Assembly: GCA_029938715.1 (NCBI GenBank)
Contig: JAOZUK010000006.1
Coordinates: 3,069-67,068, forward strand
DNA from: Bacteroidales bacterium
Lineage (GTDB): Bacteria; Bacteroidota; Bacteroidia; Bacteroidales; GCA-2748055
DNA: 64,000 nt
Direction: 5' to 3'
A program made the position numbers and the translations under genes. Positions 18,813-26,208 of this stretch are shown here, in pieces; position 1 is the first letter of the stretch; every line of letters starts with the position of its first letter. The notes under the pieces are model-generated. The model ran no database searches. It was not told the DNA's origin and saw only the letters and a list, made by a program, of their open reading frames with translations.

Positions 18813-18885
18813 TTCTAAATAAGAGCTTGGTAATCGGAGCTAAGAAGCAGATTATCAGTGAACAGTTCAGGTCTCTTATTTAGAA
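18813..18885. repeat. perfect 13-bp inverted repeat with 47-nt spacer
   Basis: Arms are TTCTAAATAAGAG (18813..18825) and CTCTTATTTAGAA (18873..18885). It begins 9 nt after the stop of the lipoprotein gene and lies upstream of the porin promoter motif. Confidence 0.6.
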
Positions 18886-18932
18886 TCAATCTAGCTTATT
18901 TCCTTTCCTTTCATTGAAGTCTCTATTTGCGA

Positions 18933-18940
18933 TAGTTTTG
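18933..18940 (+). promoter_or_regulatory. candidate -7 promoter box TAGTTTTG for the porin/FMN-binding pair
   Basis: Exact TAnnTTTG match 29 nt upstream of ATG 18969. Motif only. Confidence 0.3.
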
Positions 18941-18968
18941 TAGCATTAAATCGTATAAAATTGATGTT

Positions 18969-20153
18969 ATGATGAAAGCGCAGAGAATTGTACTGAACGG
19001 GTTATTAAGCCTGTTCATTTTTACTACTCTGGCCCAGGGTCAGGAGTTTAGTAATACGGCAAGTCGGATGATTCAGGATGAGGACCGCTTAACCATTGGG
19101 GGATACGCTCAAATCGATTATAATCAGCCCATTTCAAATGGAGCCTATAACAGTGGCAACCTGGATGTACACCGGATGGTGTTAATGTTTGGTTACAAAT
19201 TCAATCAGAAAGTGCAGTTCATTTCAGAAGTAGAGTTTGAACATGTGAAGGAGGTATATGTGGAGCAGGCCTTTTTGCAGTATGAGATTGCTCCCTGGTT
19301 GAAGTTCCGGGGAGGCTTGATGTTGATACCAATGGGAATTATCAATGAATATCATGAACCCTCCACATTTAACGGAGTGGAACGCCCCAACGTGGATAAG
19401 TACATTGTCCCAACCACCTGGCGTGAAATTGGTGCCGGCTTTACAGGTGTATTTCCAACTGCCGCGCTCTCTTACCAGTTATATGTGGTAAATGGATTTA
19501 AGGGGTACGATGGGGAAGCCTACCTGAGTGGAGCCAACGGATTTAGAAAGGGCAGGCAGAAAGGAGCTGAATCAGTCATGAGCTCACCCAACCTGACCTT
19601 TAAGGTCAACTATTTTGGAGTCTCCGGATTACAACTGGGATTATCGGCTTATATGGGAAATACCCAGAGCACACTTTACAATGGCGTAGATAAAACTGAT
19701 ATGGAATCTGTCGCCCAGGCCGATTCATCGGTAGTGGGTCTCTCCATGATTGGAATGGATGTCCGATACAATTTGGGAGGACTCCATTTAAGGGGTCAGG
19801 TAAATTATGGATGGGTATCTAACTCAGGCTCCTATAATAAATTTGCAGGAAGCGATTTGGGAAGCTCTTTAGGCGGGTGGTATGGTGAGGTGTCCTATGA
19901 CCTGTTTCACGGGGTGGAGCGGTTCGAATCGGGACTCATTCCCTTTGTCAGGTTTGAGCAATACAATACCCATGCCTCAGTGGAACCTGCAACATCATTG
20001 AATCCCTCATACAACCGCAGCGATCTGACCATTGGACTTGGATGGAGAATGGCCAGAGGTGCCATGCTAAAAGCAGACTATCAGGTATTCGACAACAAGG
20101 GCACAAGCGAATCAAGACAACAGTTTAATATGGGTGTTGCTTTATGGTTTTAA
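18969..20153 (+). CDS. outer-membrane porin-like beta-barrel protein
   Basis: 394 aa with a signal peptide (LFIFTTLAQGQE). It shows an alternating aromatic/hydrophilic strand pattern and a terminal aromatic residue (...GVALWF). Confidence 0.6.
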   Translation: MMKAQRIVLNGLLSLFIFTTLAQGQEFSNTASRMIQDEDRLTIGGYAQIDYNQPISNGAYNSGNLDVHRMVLMFGYKFNQKVQFISEVEFEHVKEVYVEQAFLQYEIAPWLKFRGGLMLIPMGIINEYHEPSTFNGVERPNVDKYIVPTTWREIGAGFTGVFPTAALSYQLYVVNGFKGYDGEAYLSGANGFRKGRQKGAESVMSSPNLTFKVNYFGVSGLQLGLSAYMGNTQSTLYNGVDKTDMESVAQADSSVVGLSMIGMDVRYNLGGLHLRGQVNYGWVSNSGSYNKFAGSDLGSSLGGWYGEVSYDLFHGVERFESGLIPFVRFEQYNTHASVEPATSLNPSYNRSDLTIGLGWRMARGAMLKADYQVFDNKGTSESRQQFNMGVALWF

Positions 20154-20695
20154 CGAATTCATCGGTTAGAATGGGGGCATCTGCACTGATCTTTTGCCTT
20201 GCTCATTTTGCCTCAGCCATTGCACAGGATCAGCACATGCTTTCAAAGAGGGAGATGAAGGAGGTCTCCCGGGTCTTTGAGGGAGAGGTGGTGGTCAGTG
20301 AAGTGATCCTTTCCGATCATTCCATACCCACAGGCCAAATGCTTAGAGAGGGAGACCTGCTCTTTCAAATCAACGGGGAGAATGAAAATCGGGGATATGT
20401 TTTATCCACTGAAGCAAAGGGGAGGTATGACTATTTTGATTACACTGTATTCTATTCGGAGGAGTTGTTTGTTAAGGGATTGATTGTGACCGTTTACCGT
20501 TCCACTCACGGAGCTGCCATCTGCCAGAAAAAATGGTTGAGTCAATTCAATGGATATGAAGGGGAGGAGCTGACGCTGGGTAAGGAGATTGATGCAATCT
20601 CAGGTGCTACCTACTCAGCGCAATCTATTGTACAGGATATTCAAAGGTGCCATGCACTGATGACCGGACTTAAAAGCGATGGGATTATCCATTAG
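20144..20695 (+). CDS. secreted FMN-binding domain protein (ApbE-type flavinylation motif)
   Basis: 183 aa with a signal peptide (ALIFCLAHFASAIAQ). The C-terminal block DAISGATYSAQSIV matches the [S/T]GA[T/S] covalent-FMN motif of NqrC/RnfG-type FMN_bind domains. It overlaps the porin stop by 10 nt, and an alternative ATG is at 20171. Confidence 0.65.
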   Translation: MVLTNSSVRMGASALIFCLAHFASAIAQDQHMLSKREMKEVSRVFEGEVVVSEVILSDHSIPTGQMLREGDLLFQINGENENRGYVLSTEAKGRYDYFDYTVFYSEELFVKGLIVTVYRSTHGAAICQKKWLSQFNGYEGEELTLGKEIDAISGATYSAQSIVQDIQRCHALMTGLKSDGIIH

Positions 20696-20707
20696 CTTCA
20701 TGGATAA

Positions 20708-21463
20708 TCAATCCTCACTCTTTTTCCCGATCCGAAAGTCACGTTTTACAAAATTGATAAAATCCTTATTTAGTTGACGGCTCTCCTCTTTGGGCATTTT
20801 GAGGAACCGTTTCAGCAGTCGGTTGTCAATGAGTTCGGTAACCAGAAACAGCTCGCATAGGGTGATGTAAAGGTCCTTTAGATCGAAGGTATAGAAAGGC
20901 TTTATGGTGATGTAATCCAATGATCCCCCCCAAAAGGCATTGTCAATCAGATTGGCAGCCAGCCCGGCCAGGAAAAGATGAATAAAGCCGTTGATCCAGA
21001 AGCTGTTCCGTTTCCTTCTTACATAAAAGCGCCATATTTCAATGAAAATAACACCAATCAGACTGAACAGGATGATGTTTAACAGATGCGATCCCTGCTT
21101 GAGGCCCAGCAAAACCCAGAGGTATGATCCCAGGGTATTTTGAGTGGGTTCAATATAGAATACCGGTTTGATCAATGGAATGGAGATGGCCTCCCAGTTC
21201 AATGAAAAGAGATAGGCTTTAATGCCCTGGTCGATGGCCACAGCAATAAACAGAAAGATCCAATTGATACCGGGCCTGACCTTGAAAAAGTGTTGAAGGG
21301 TGGTAGCCAGAGCAGCAACAGACCCAAGAAAGAGGGCTGGTAAAAGGAAGAATTTCCACAGATAGGCCAAATCGGTCACCTTTCCGCTGATGGCATAGAT
21401 CACCATGACTACCAACCAGATAATCATAAAGACAGCAATATTTCTAATATACTTTTTTGCCAT
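20708..21463 (-). CDS. divergent signal peptidase II (LspA)-like membrane protein
   Basis: From ATG 21463 (MAKKYIRNIAVFMII). The blocks line up co-linearly with LspA: AIDQGIK (D..K), PTQNTLGSY (N.G), LAANLIDN (GNL.DR), SLDYITI (VVD.I.F) and FDLKD (FN.AD), so both catalytic Asp positions are conserved. It has extra N-terminal TM helices and a charged C-terminal tail. The ORF is open to 21688, but that extension runs through the trp leader. Confidence 0.5.
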   Translation of the reverse strand: MAKKYIRNIAVFMIIWLVVMVIYAISGKVTDLAYLWKFFLLPALFLGSVAALATTLQHFFKVRPGINWIFLFIAVAIDQGIKAYLFSLNWEAISIPLIKPVFYIEPTQNTLGSYLWVLLGLKQGSHLLNIILFSLIGVIFIEIWRFYVRRKRNSFWINGFIHLFLAGLAANLIDNAFWGGSLDYITIKPFYTFDLKDLYITLCELFLVTELIDNRLLKRFLKMPKEESRQLNKDFINFVKRDFRIGKKSED

Positions 21464-21552
21464 TAATCCGATGTTTTTGCGAGGCGAATGTAATGAAATT
21501 TGGATTAATAGAAATCTTTCCTTTATTTTGAACTTTAATAAATGAAAAAAGA

Positions 21553-21612
21553 GTGACAAAGATTCGCACAAACTGGTGGTGGCAACTCTATTTCCGAATA
21601 GCCGGAGAGTAG
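21553..21612 (+). CDS. candidate trp operon leader peptide (19 aa) with three consecutive Trp codons
   Basis: Frame reads GTG ACA AAG ATT CGC ACA AAC TGG TGG TGG CAA CTC TAT TTC CGA ATA GCC GGA GAG TAG. The TGG triplet is at 21574..21582. An in-frame TGA at 21529 limits the ORF, and no in-frame ATG exists, so a GTG (or other near-cognate) start is required. Confidence 0.45.
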   Translation: MTKIRTNWWWQLYFRIAGE

Positions 21613-21641
21613 GTTTAGCCCCATTGTGTGCAATACAATAT

Positions 21642-21676
21642 AAAAGGCTTCCGCTTCGGTGGAGGCTTTTTTTTTT
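21642..21676 (+). promoter_or_regulatory. intrinsic terminator in the trpE 5' leader (transcription attenuator)
   Basis: Stem GCTTCCGC (21647..21654) / GTGGAGGC (21659..21666) has 8 bp including 2 G-U pairs. The loop is a UUCG tetraloop. It is followed by 10 T (21667..21676) and preceded by AAAA. It ends 24 nt before the trpE ATG. No plus-strand gene ends upstream, so it is not a gene-end terminator. Confidence 0.7.
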
Positions 21677-21699
21677 AACCAAAATCAAAACAAAGTATC

Positions 21700-23115
21700 A
21701 TGAAAGTTCCGGTAAGGATCGAACGAAGGAAAATACTGGCAGACATTATAACACCTGTAAGTATCTATTTGAAAATAAGAGATATATACCCTAATGCGCT
21801 GCTTCTTGAGAGTTCCGATTATCACAGTAAGGAAAACTCATATTCATTTATATGCATGAATCCTGTGGCCGAGTTCAAGGTGAACCTGGGAAAGGTGACC
21901 ATCGATCTTCCGGGAAAGGATCGGTTCAATGCTGAAATTAGTGACGAGCATAGGGTGGTGGATTACCTGAATGGATTTATAACTTCATTCCAGATGGATA
22001 CTGGCGGGGAAGAGATGATGGTGGATGGGGTATTTGGGTATTCAACCTATGATGCAGTTCAATACTACGAGGATATCCGTTTTAATTCTTCCCTCCCGGA
22101 GAAGGAACAGATTCCGGAGGTAAGGTACAATTTCTTCAGGTATGTACTGGCCATTAATCATTTGACCAATGAGTTGTTACTGTTTGAGAATATTGTGAAT
22201 GGTGGTAAAAGCGAAATTGATGATGTAACCGTACTGCTGCATAACCGGAATATAGCTACCTACAGATTTGACATTTCGGGCGATGAGTTATCCAACCTGA
22301 CTGACGAGGATTACCGTCAAATGGTTACCAGGGGAAAGGAACACTGCTACAGGGGAGATGTATTTCAGATTGTACTATCCCGACAGTTTAAACAGTCATT
22401 TACCGGAGATGAGTTTAACGTGTACCGGGCCCTGCGATCCATTAATCCCTCCCCCTATCTTTTCTATTTTGACTACGGCAGTTACAAGCTATTCGGATCA
22501 TCGCCCGAAGCCCAGATCGAAGTTAAAGGAGGGAAAGCCTATATCAATCCCATAGCCGGTACTTTTAAGCGCACGGGGAACGACCGTGAGGATCAGGACC
22601 TGGCCCGAAAGCTGGCCCAGGATGATAAGGAGAATGCCGAGCATATAATGTTGGTCGATCTGGCCAGGAATGACCTGAGTCGTAACACTGAGAAGGTGAC
22701 TGTGGAGGATTACCGTGAGATCCAGTTTTATTCACATGTAATCCATATGGTTTCAAAAGTGTCGGGGGTATTGCCCGAAAACGCAAACAGCATACAGATC
22801 ATGGCCGAGTCATTTCCGGCAGGCACACTTTCAGGGGCTCCAAAATACCGGGCCATGGAGTTAATTGACAGATATGAAGGAAAACGAAGGGGTTACTATG
22901 GAGGCACCATCGGCTTTATCAGGTTCAACGGGGATATAAACCATGCCATAATGATCCGATCCTTTCTGTCACGTGACCATATGCTTTACTACCAGGCAGG
23001 CGCCGGAATTGTATCTGAATCGACCGAAGAGGGTGAACTGCAGGAGGTGAATAACAAACTGGCAGCACTGAAATCGGCCATTGAGATGGCCAGGACTATG
23101 AACAATGAAAACTAA
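21700..23115 (+). CDS. trpE: anthranilate synthase component I
   Basis: 471 aa with the chorismate-binding blocks GDVFQIVLSRQF, NPSPYLFYFDY, DKENAEHIMLVDLARNDL, AGTLSGAPKYRAMELI and YGGTIGF. Confidence 0.95.
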   Translation: MKVPVRIERRKILADIITPVSIYLKIRDIYPNALLLESSDYHSKENSYSFICMNPVAEFKVNLGKVTIDLPGKDRFNAEISDEHRVVDYLNGFITSFQMDTGGEEMMVDGVFGYSTYDAVQYYEDIRFNSSLPEKEQIPEVRYNFFRYVLAINHLTNELLLFENIVNGGKSEIDDVTVLLHNRNIATYRFDISGDELSNLTDEDYRQMVTRGKEHCYRGDVFQIVLSRQFKQSFTGDEFNVYRALRSINPSPYLFYFDYGSYKLFGSSPEAQIEVKGGKAYINPIAGTFKRTGNDREDQDLARKLAQDDKENAEHIMLVDLARNDLSRNTEKVTVEDYREIQFYSHVIHMVSKVSGVLPENANSIQIMAESFPAGTLSGAPKYRAMELIDRYEGKRRGYYGGTIGFIRFNGDINHAIMIRSFLSRDHMLYYQAGAGIVSESTEEGELQEVNNKLAALKSAIEMARTMNNEN

Positions 23116-23119
23116 AAAG

Positions 23120-23692
23120 ATGATGAAGATCCTTGTACTGGATAACTACGACTCATTCACCTACAACCTGGTACAGTATATTGAACGGGTGGTGAAAAGG
23201 CCCATCGACGTCCGAAGAAACGACCAGATCTCCCTGGAGGAGATCTCGTTCTATGATAAGATCCTGATCAGTCCGGGTCCTGGAATACCCGAGGAAGCTG
23301 GGATCACCCTGGATTTAATAAGGAAATATGGTGCAACTAAAAGCATCCTGGGTGTCTGCCTGGGACATCAGGCCATAGCTGAGGCCTTTGGGGGTTCAAT
23401 TACAAACCTCTCCACAGTATACCATGGGGTGGTGGGACAGATGAAACAGACTGTTGCCGGGGACTATCTTTTAGAGGGCGTTCCCACGGAGTTTGATGCC
23501 GGCCGTTATCACTCCTGGGTAGTGGAACCTGATACATTGCCCTCCCAGCTGGAAGTAACGGTGGAAAACGATGAAGGATATATTATGGCCCTCAGGCACC
23601 GGGAGTACGACGTAAGAGGGGTGCAGTTTCATCCCGAATCAGTTCTTACCGAGTATGGGGGAAGGATAATTTTAAATTGGGTTAATGGTTAG
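23120..23692 (+). CDS. trpG: anthranilate synthase component II (glutamine amidotransferase)
   Basis: Reads MMKILVLDNYDSFTYNLVQY, with catalytic GVCLGHQ and HPES. The track ORF begins at 23105, overlapping the trpE stop. ATG 23120 sits just after the trpE TAA. Confidence 0.93.
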   Translation: MMKILVLDNYDSFTYNLVQYIERVVKRPIDVRRNDQISLEEISFYDKILISPGPGIPEEAGITLDLIRKYGATKSILGVCLGHQAIAEAFGGSITNLSTVYHGVVGQMKQTVAGDYLLEGVPTEFDAGRYHSWVVEPDTLPSQLEVTVENDEGYIMALRHREYDVRGVQFHPESVLTEYGGRIILNWVNG

Positions 23693-23703
23693 AAATGGGT
23701 TAG

Positions 23704-23730
23704 GGTTACATATGGCTTCGCCATGTTACA
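23704..23730 (+). repeat. 27-nt hairpin element, copy 1 (between trpG and trpD)
   Basis: GGTTACATATGGCTTCGCCATGTTACA is identical to 28188..28214. It is an imperfect palindrome (ACATATGGC / GCCATGT around a TTC/UUCG-type loop). It also contains GTTACA twice, 21 nt apart. It starts 11 nt after the trpG stop. Confidence 0.85.
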
Positions 23731-23749
23731 AAAAGGTTAAAAGATTACG

Positions 23750-24742
23750 ATGAAAGATACATTACGATATTTATTCGATCATAAGACCCTGGGAAAAGAG
23801 GATGCAAAACTAATTCTCAGGAACATGGCAGAGGGGAAATACAATGATTCGGAGATAGCCGCATTTATATCAGTATACCTCATGCGCAGCATAACTGTGG
23901 AAGAGCTTTCAGGATTCAGGGATGCCCTTCTGGAGCTATGCAATCCAGTGGATCTGACCGAGTTTAATACCATCGATGTTTGTGGTACCGGAGGGGATGA
24001 AAAGAACACCTTTAATATCTCCACCCTCACCTCCTTTTTGGTGGCTGGGGCCGGTGAGAAGGTGGCCAAACACGGTAATTATAGTGTTTCCTCTGCATGT
24101 GGTTCCTCCAATGTCCTTGAATATTTTGGGTATACCTTCTCCAACCAAACCGATAGGTTGAAAAGAGAAATCGATAGATACAACATCTGTTTTCTGCATG
24201 CGCCCCTCTTTAATCCAGCCATGAAAAACGTAGCGCCGGTAAGACGCAGCTTAAGAATCAAGACATTTTTTAACATGCTTGGTCCCATGGTGAATCCGGC
24301 GTTTCCAAAAAACCAGCTGGTAGGGGTTTTCAGTCTCGATGTGGCCAGGTTATATAACTACCTTTACCAGGAGTTGGATACGCAATATTGCATTGTTCAT
24401 TCACTGGATGGATATGATGAAATCTCACTTACTGGGGAGTTTAAAGCATTGACGAGGCAGACAGAACGCTCATTTTTCCCAGAAGAGCTTGGATTCCAAA
24501 AGGTATCCGCAGCAGATATTTACGGTGGATCTACCGTTGAGGAGGCTTCCGCAGTCTTTCTTCAAATCCTGGAGGGTAGAGGAAGTCAGGCCCAGAACGA
24601 TGTGGTGGTGGCCAATGCCGCGCTGGCACTGTTTAGCATGGATGAGTCGCAGGGATTGGAAAACTGTATTGGTAGGGCCCGGGAATCGCTGGAATCGGGT
24701 GTTGCCCTGAACACTTTTAAGAATCTGGTAGAAAGCAATTAA
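23750..24742 (+). CDS. trpD: anthranilate phosphoribosyltransferase
   Basis: 330 aa with VCGTGGDEKNTFNIST and KHGNYSVSSACGSSNVLE. Confidence 0.95.
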   Translation: MKDTLRYLFDHKTLGKEDAKLILRNMAEGKYNDSEIAAFISVYLMRSITVEELSGFRDALLELCNPVDLTEFNTIDVCGTGGDEKNTFNISTLTSFLVAGAGEKVAKHGNYSVSSACGSSNVLEYFGYTFSNQTDRLKREIDRYNICFLHAPLFNPAMKNVAPVRRSLRIKTFFNMLGPMVNPAFPKNQLVGVFSLDVARLYNYLYQELDTQYCIVHSLDGYDEISLTGEFKALTRQTERSFFPEELGFQKVSAADIYGGSTVEEASAVFLQILEGRGSQAQNDVVVANAALALFSMDESQGLENCIGRARESLESGVALNTFKNLVESN

Positions 24743-24743
24743 T

Positions 24744-25553
24744 ATGAATATTCTGGATGCCATTTTGGAACAGAAGAGAGTTGAGATACTTTCGCGCAAA
24801 CAGAAGCGACCCCTCAGCAACCTGAAATCATTCCCCTTTTATCACAGGGAAACCCATGTGATGGATCTACATAAGCTGGAGGAGGCCCCGGGGATCATTG
24901 CCGAGTTCAAAAGGCAATCTCCCTCCAAAGGTCCCATCAACATGGAGGCCGATCCTGTGGTAATAGCAGAGGCTTACCGGACCGCAGGAGTATCGGCAAT
25001 GAGCATACTAACAGACCGGAGTTTTTTTGGAGGATCATTTGCGGATCTGAAGCGGGTGAGAGAATCAGAGCCCGGAATGGTGTTACTGCGAAAGGATTTC
25101 ATCATCGATTCATACCAATTGCATGAGGCACTTGCCTATGGGGCTGATATGGTGTTGCTTATTGCAGCTAATCTAGAGCAGGGTGAAGTGACTGATCTGG
25201 CACTGGAAGCTCGTTCGCTGGGACTCAATGTACTGTTTGAAGTGCACTCGATGGATGAAATGGAGAAGTATCATCCTGCCATCAGATATGTGGGTGTGAA
25301 CAATCGCAACCTTAAAACTTTTATTGTGGATACAGGGCTGAGTCTGAAATTGATTGGACAGATGCCAGAAGGAGTAGTGCCTGTTTCCGAGAGTGGTTTA
25401 TCCCATGTGGAGGAGATTGTGAGTCTGCATAAGGCAGGGTATAAACTTTTTCTGATGGGAGAGGCCTTTATGAGAGAAGTAGATCCGGGCCGGGCCTGTG
25501 CCCTACTGATGGAGGGCTTAAAAACGCATTATAATTACTCGAATGACAAATAA
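24744..25553 (+). CDS. trpC: indole-3-glycerol phosphate synthase
   Basis: 269 aa with IAEFKRQSPSKG, SILTDRSFFGGS and VGVNNRNLKTF. Confidence 0.95.
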   Translation: MNILDAILEQKRVEILSRKQKRPLSNLKSFPFYHRETHVMDLHKLEEAPGIIAEFKRQSPSKGPINMEADPVVIAEAYRTAGVSAMSILTDRSFFGGSFADLKRVRESEPGMVLLRKDFIIDSYQLHEALAYGADMVLLIAANLEQGEVTDLALEARSLGLNVLFEVHSMDEMEKYHPAIRYVGVNNRNLKTFIVDTGLSLKLIGQMPEGVVPVSESGLSHVEEIVSLHKAGYKLFLMGEAFMREVDPGRACALLMEGLKTHYNYSNDK

Positions 25554-26202
25554 TTCGTTGAAAATCAAGGTATGTGGGATGCGTGAAGCTAAAAACCTGG
25601 AGCAACTTTGTTCCATTGGACCAGATTATGTAGGTTTTATTTTCTATCCAAAATCTAAGCGTTTTGTGGGAGTCCATCCCGATCCTGCGCTCTTTAAGAT
25701 CCCACCGGCTGGTATATTAAAAGTAGGGGTCTTTGTCAATGAACAGATTTACCGGGTAACACAGATGGTGGATGAGTACCAGCTTGAGCTGGTACAACTT
25801 CATGGGAATGAGTCCCCTGCGTATTGCAGAAAGTTGATGGGTCTTGGAATTCAGGTAATCAAAGCTTTTAGCCCGGGTGGGGGTACAACCGGTAGCAAAA
25901 CTCTGCAATCCGGTTCGGGCATTGAAGGTTATAAAGAGGTGGTTCATACACTCCTTTTTGATACCCAGGGACCGGGATGGGGAGGATCCGGTCAGAAGTT
26001 CGACTGGAGCTTGCTAAAAGACCAATCTGTACCAGTACCCTATATTCTCAGTGGAGGAATTGGTCCTGAAGATGCAGAGGCTATAGGGAAGTTAAAAAAT
26101 GAGAATCTCCTGGGTATTGACCTGAACAGCAGGTTTGAGCTATCTCCGGGATTGAAGGATGTAGGGTTGCTCAATGATTTTTTTATGGAAATACGAAATT
26201 AG
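25543..26202 (+). CDS. trpF: phosphoribosylanthranilate isomerase
   Basis: 219 aa with KVCGMREAKN, VQLHGNES and GGSGQKFDW...LSGGI. It overlaps trpC by 11 nt. Confidence 0.92.
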   Translation: MTNNSLKIKVCGMREAKNLEQLCSIGPDYVGFIFYPKSKRFVGVHPDPALFKIPPAGILKVGVFVNEQIYRVTQMVDEYQLELVQLHGNESPAYCRKLMGLGIQVIKAFSPGGGTTGSKTLQSGSGIEGYKEVVHTLLFDTQGPGWGGSGQKFDWSLLKDQSVPVPYILSGGIGPEDAEAIGKLKNENLLGIDLNSRFELSPGLKDVGLLNDFFMEIRN

Positions 26203-26208
26203 ACCAAT

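Noticed and set aside
19915-19935. GGTTCGAATC motif resembling a tRNA T-loop
   Set aside because: It lies inside the porin coding frame (ERFESGL). The flanks cannot form T-stem, acceptor or anticodon arms. A similar motif at about 59715 is also within coding sequence.
21576-21583. The Trp-codon segment GTGGTGGC mimics the terminator 3' arm GTGGAGGC and could pair with the 5' arm as an antiterminator
   Set aside because: The pairing is possible on paper (7 of 8). However, a ribosome stalled on these codons would cover the segment during Trp starvation, which gives the wrong regulatory logic. The segment around the leader stop codon is the more plausible antiterminator partner.
21576-21794. 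72-aa track ORF spanning the trp leader, terminator and trpE start
   Set aside because: It starts on a GTG inside the TGG TGG TGG run, reads straight through the attenuator hairpin and T-run, and continues out of frame into trpE. The short WWW leader frame and trpE explain the region better.
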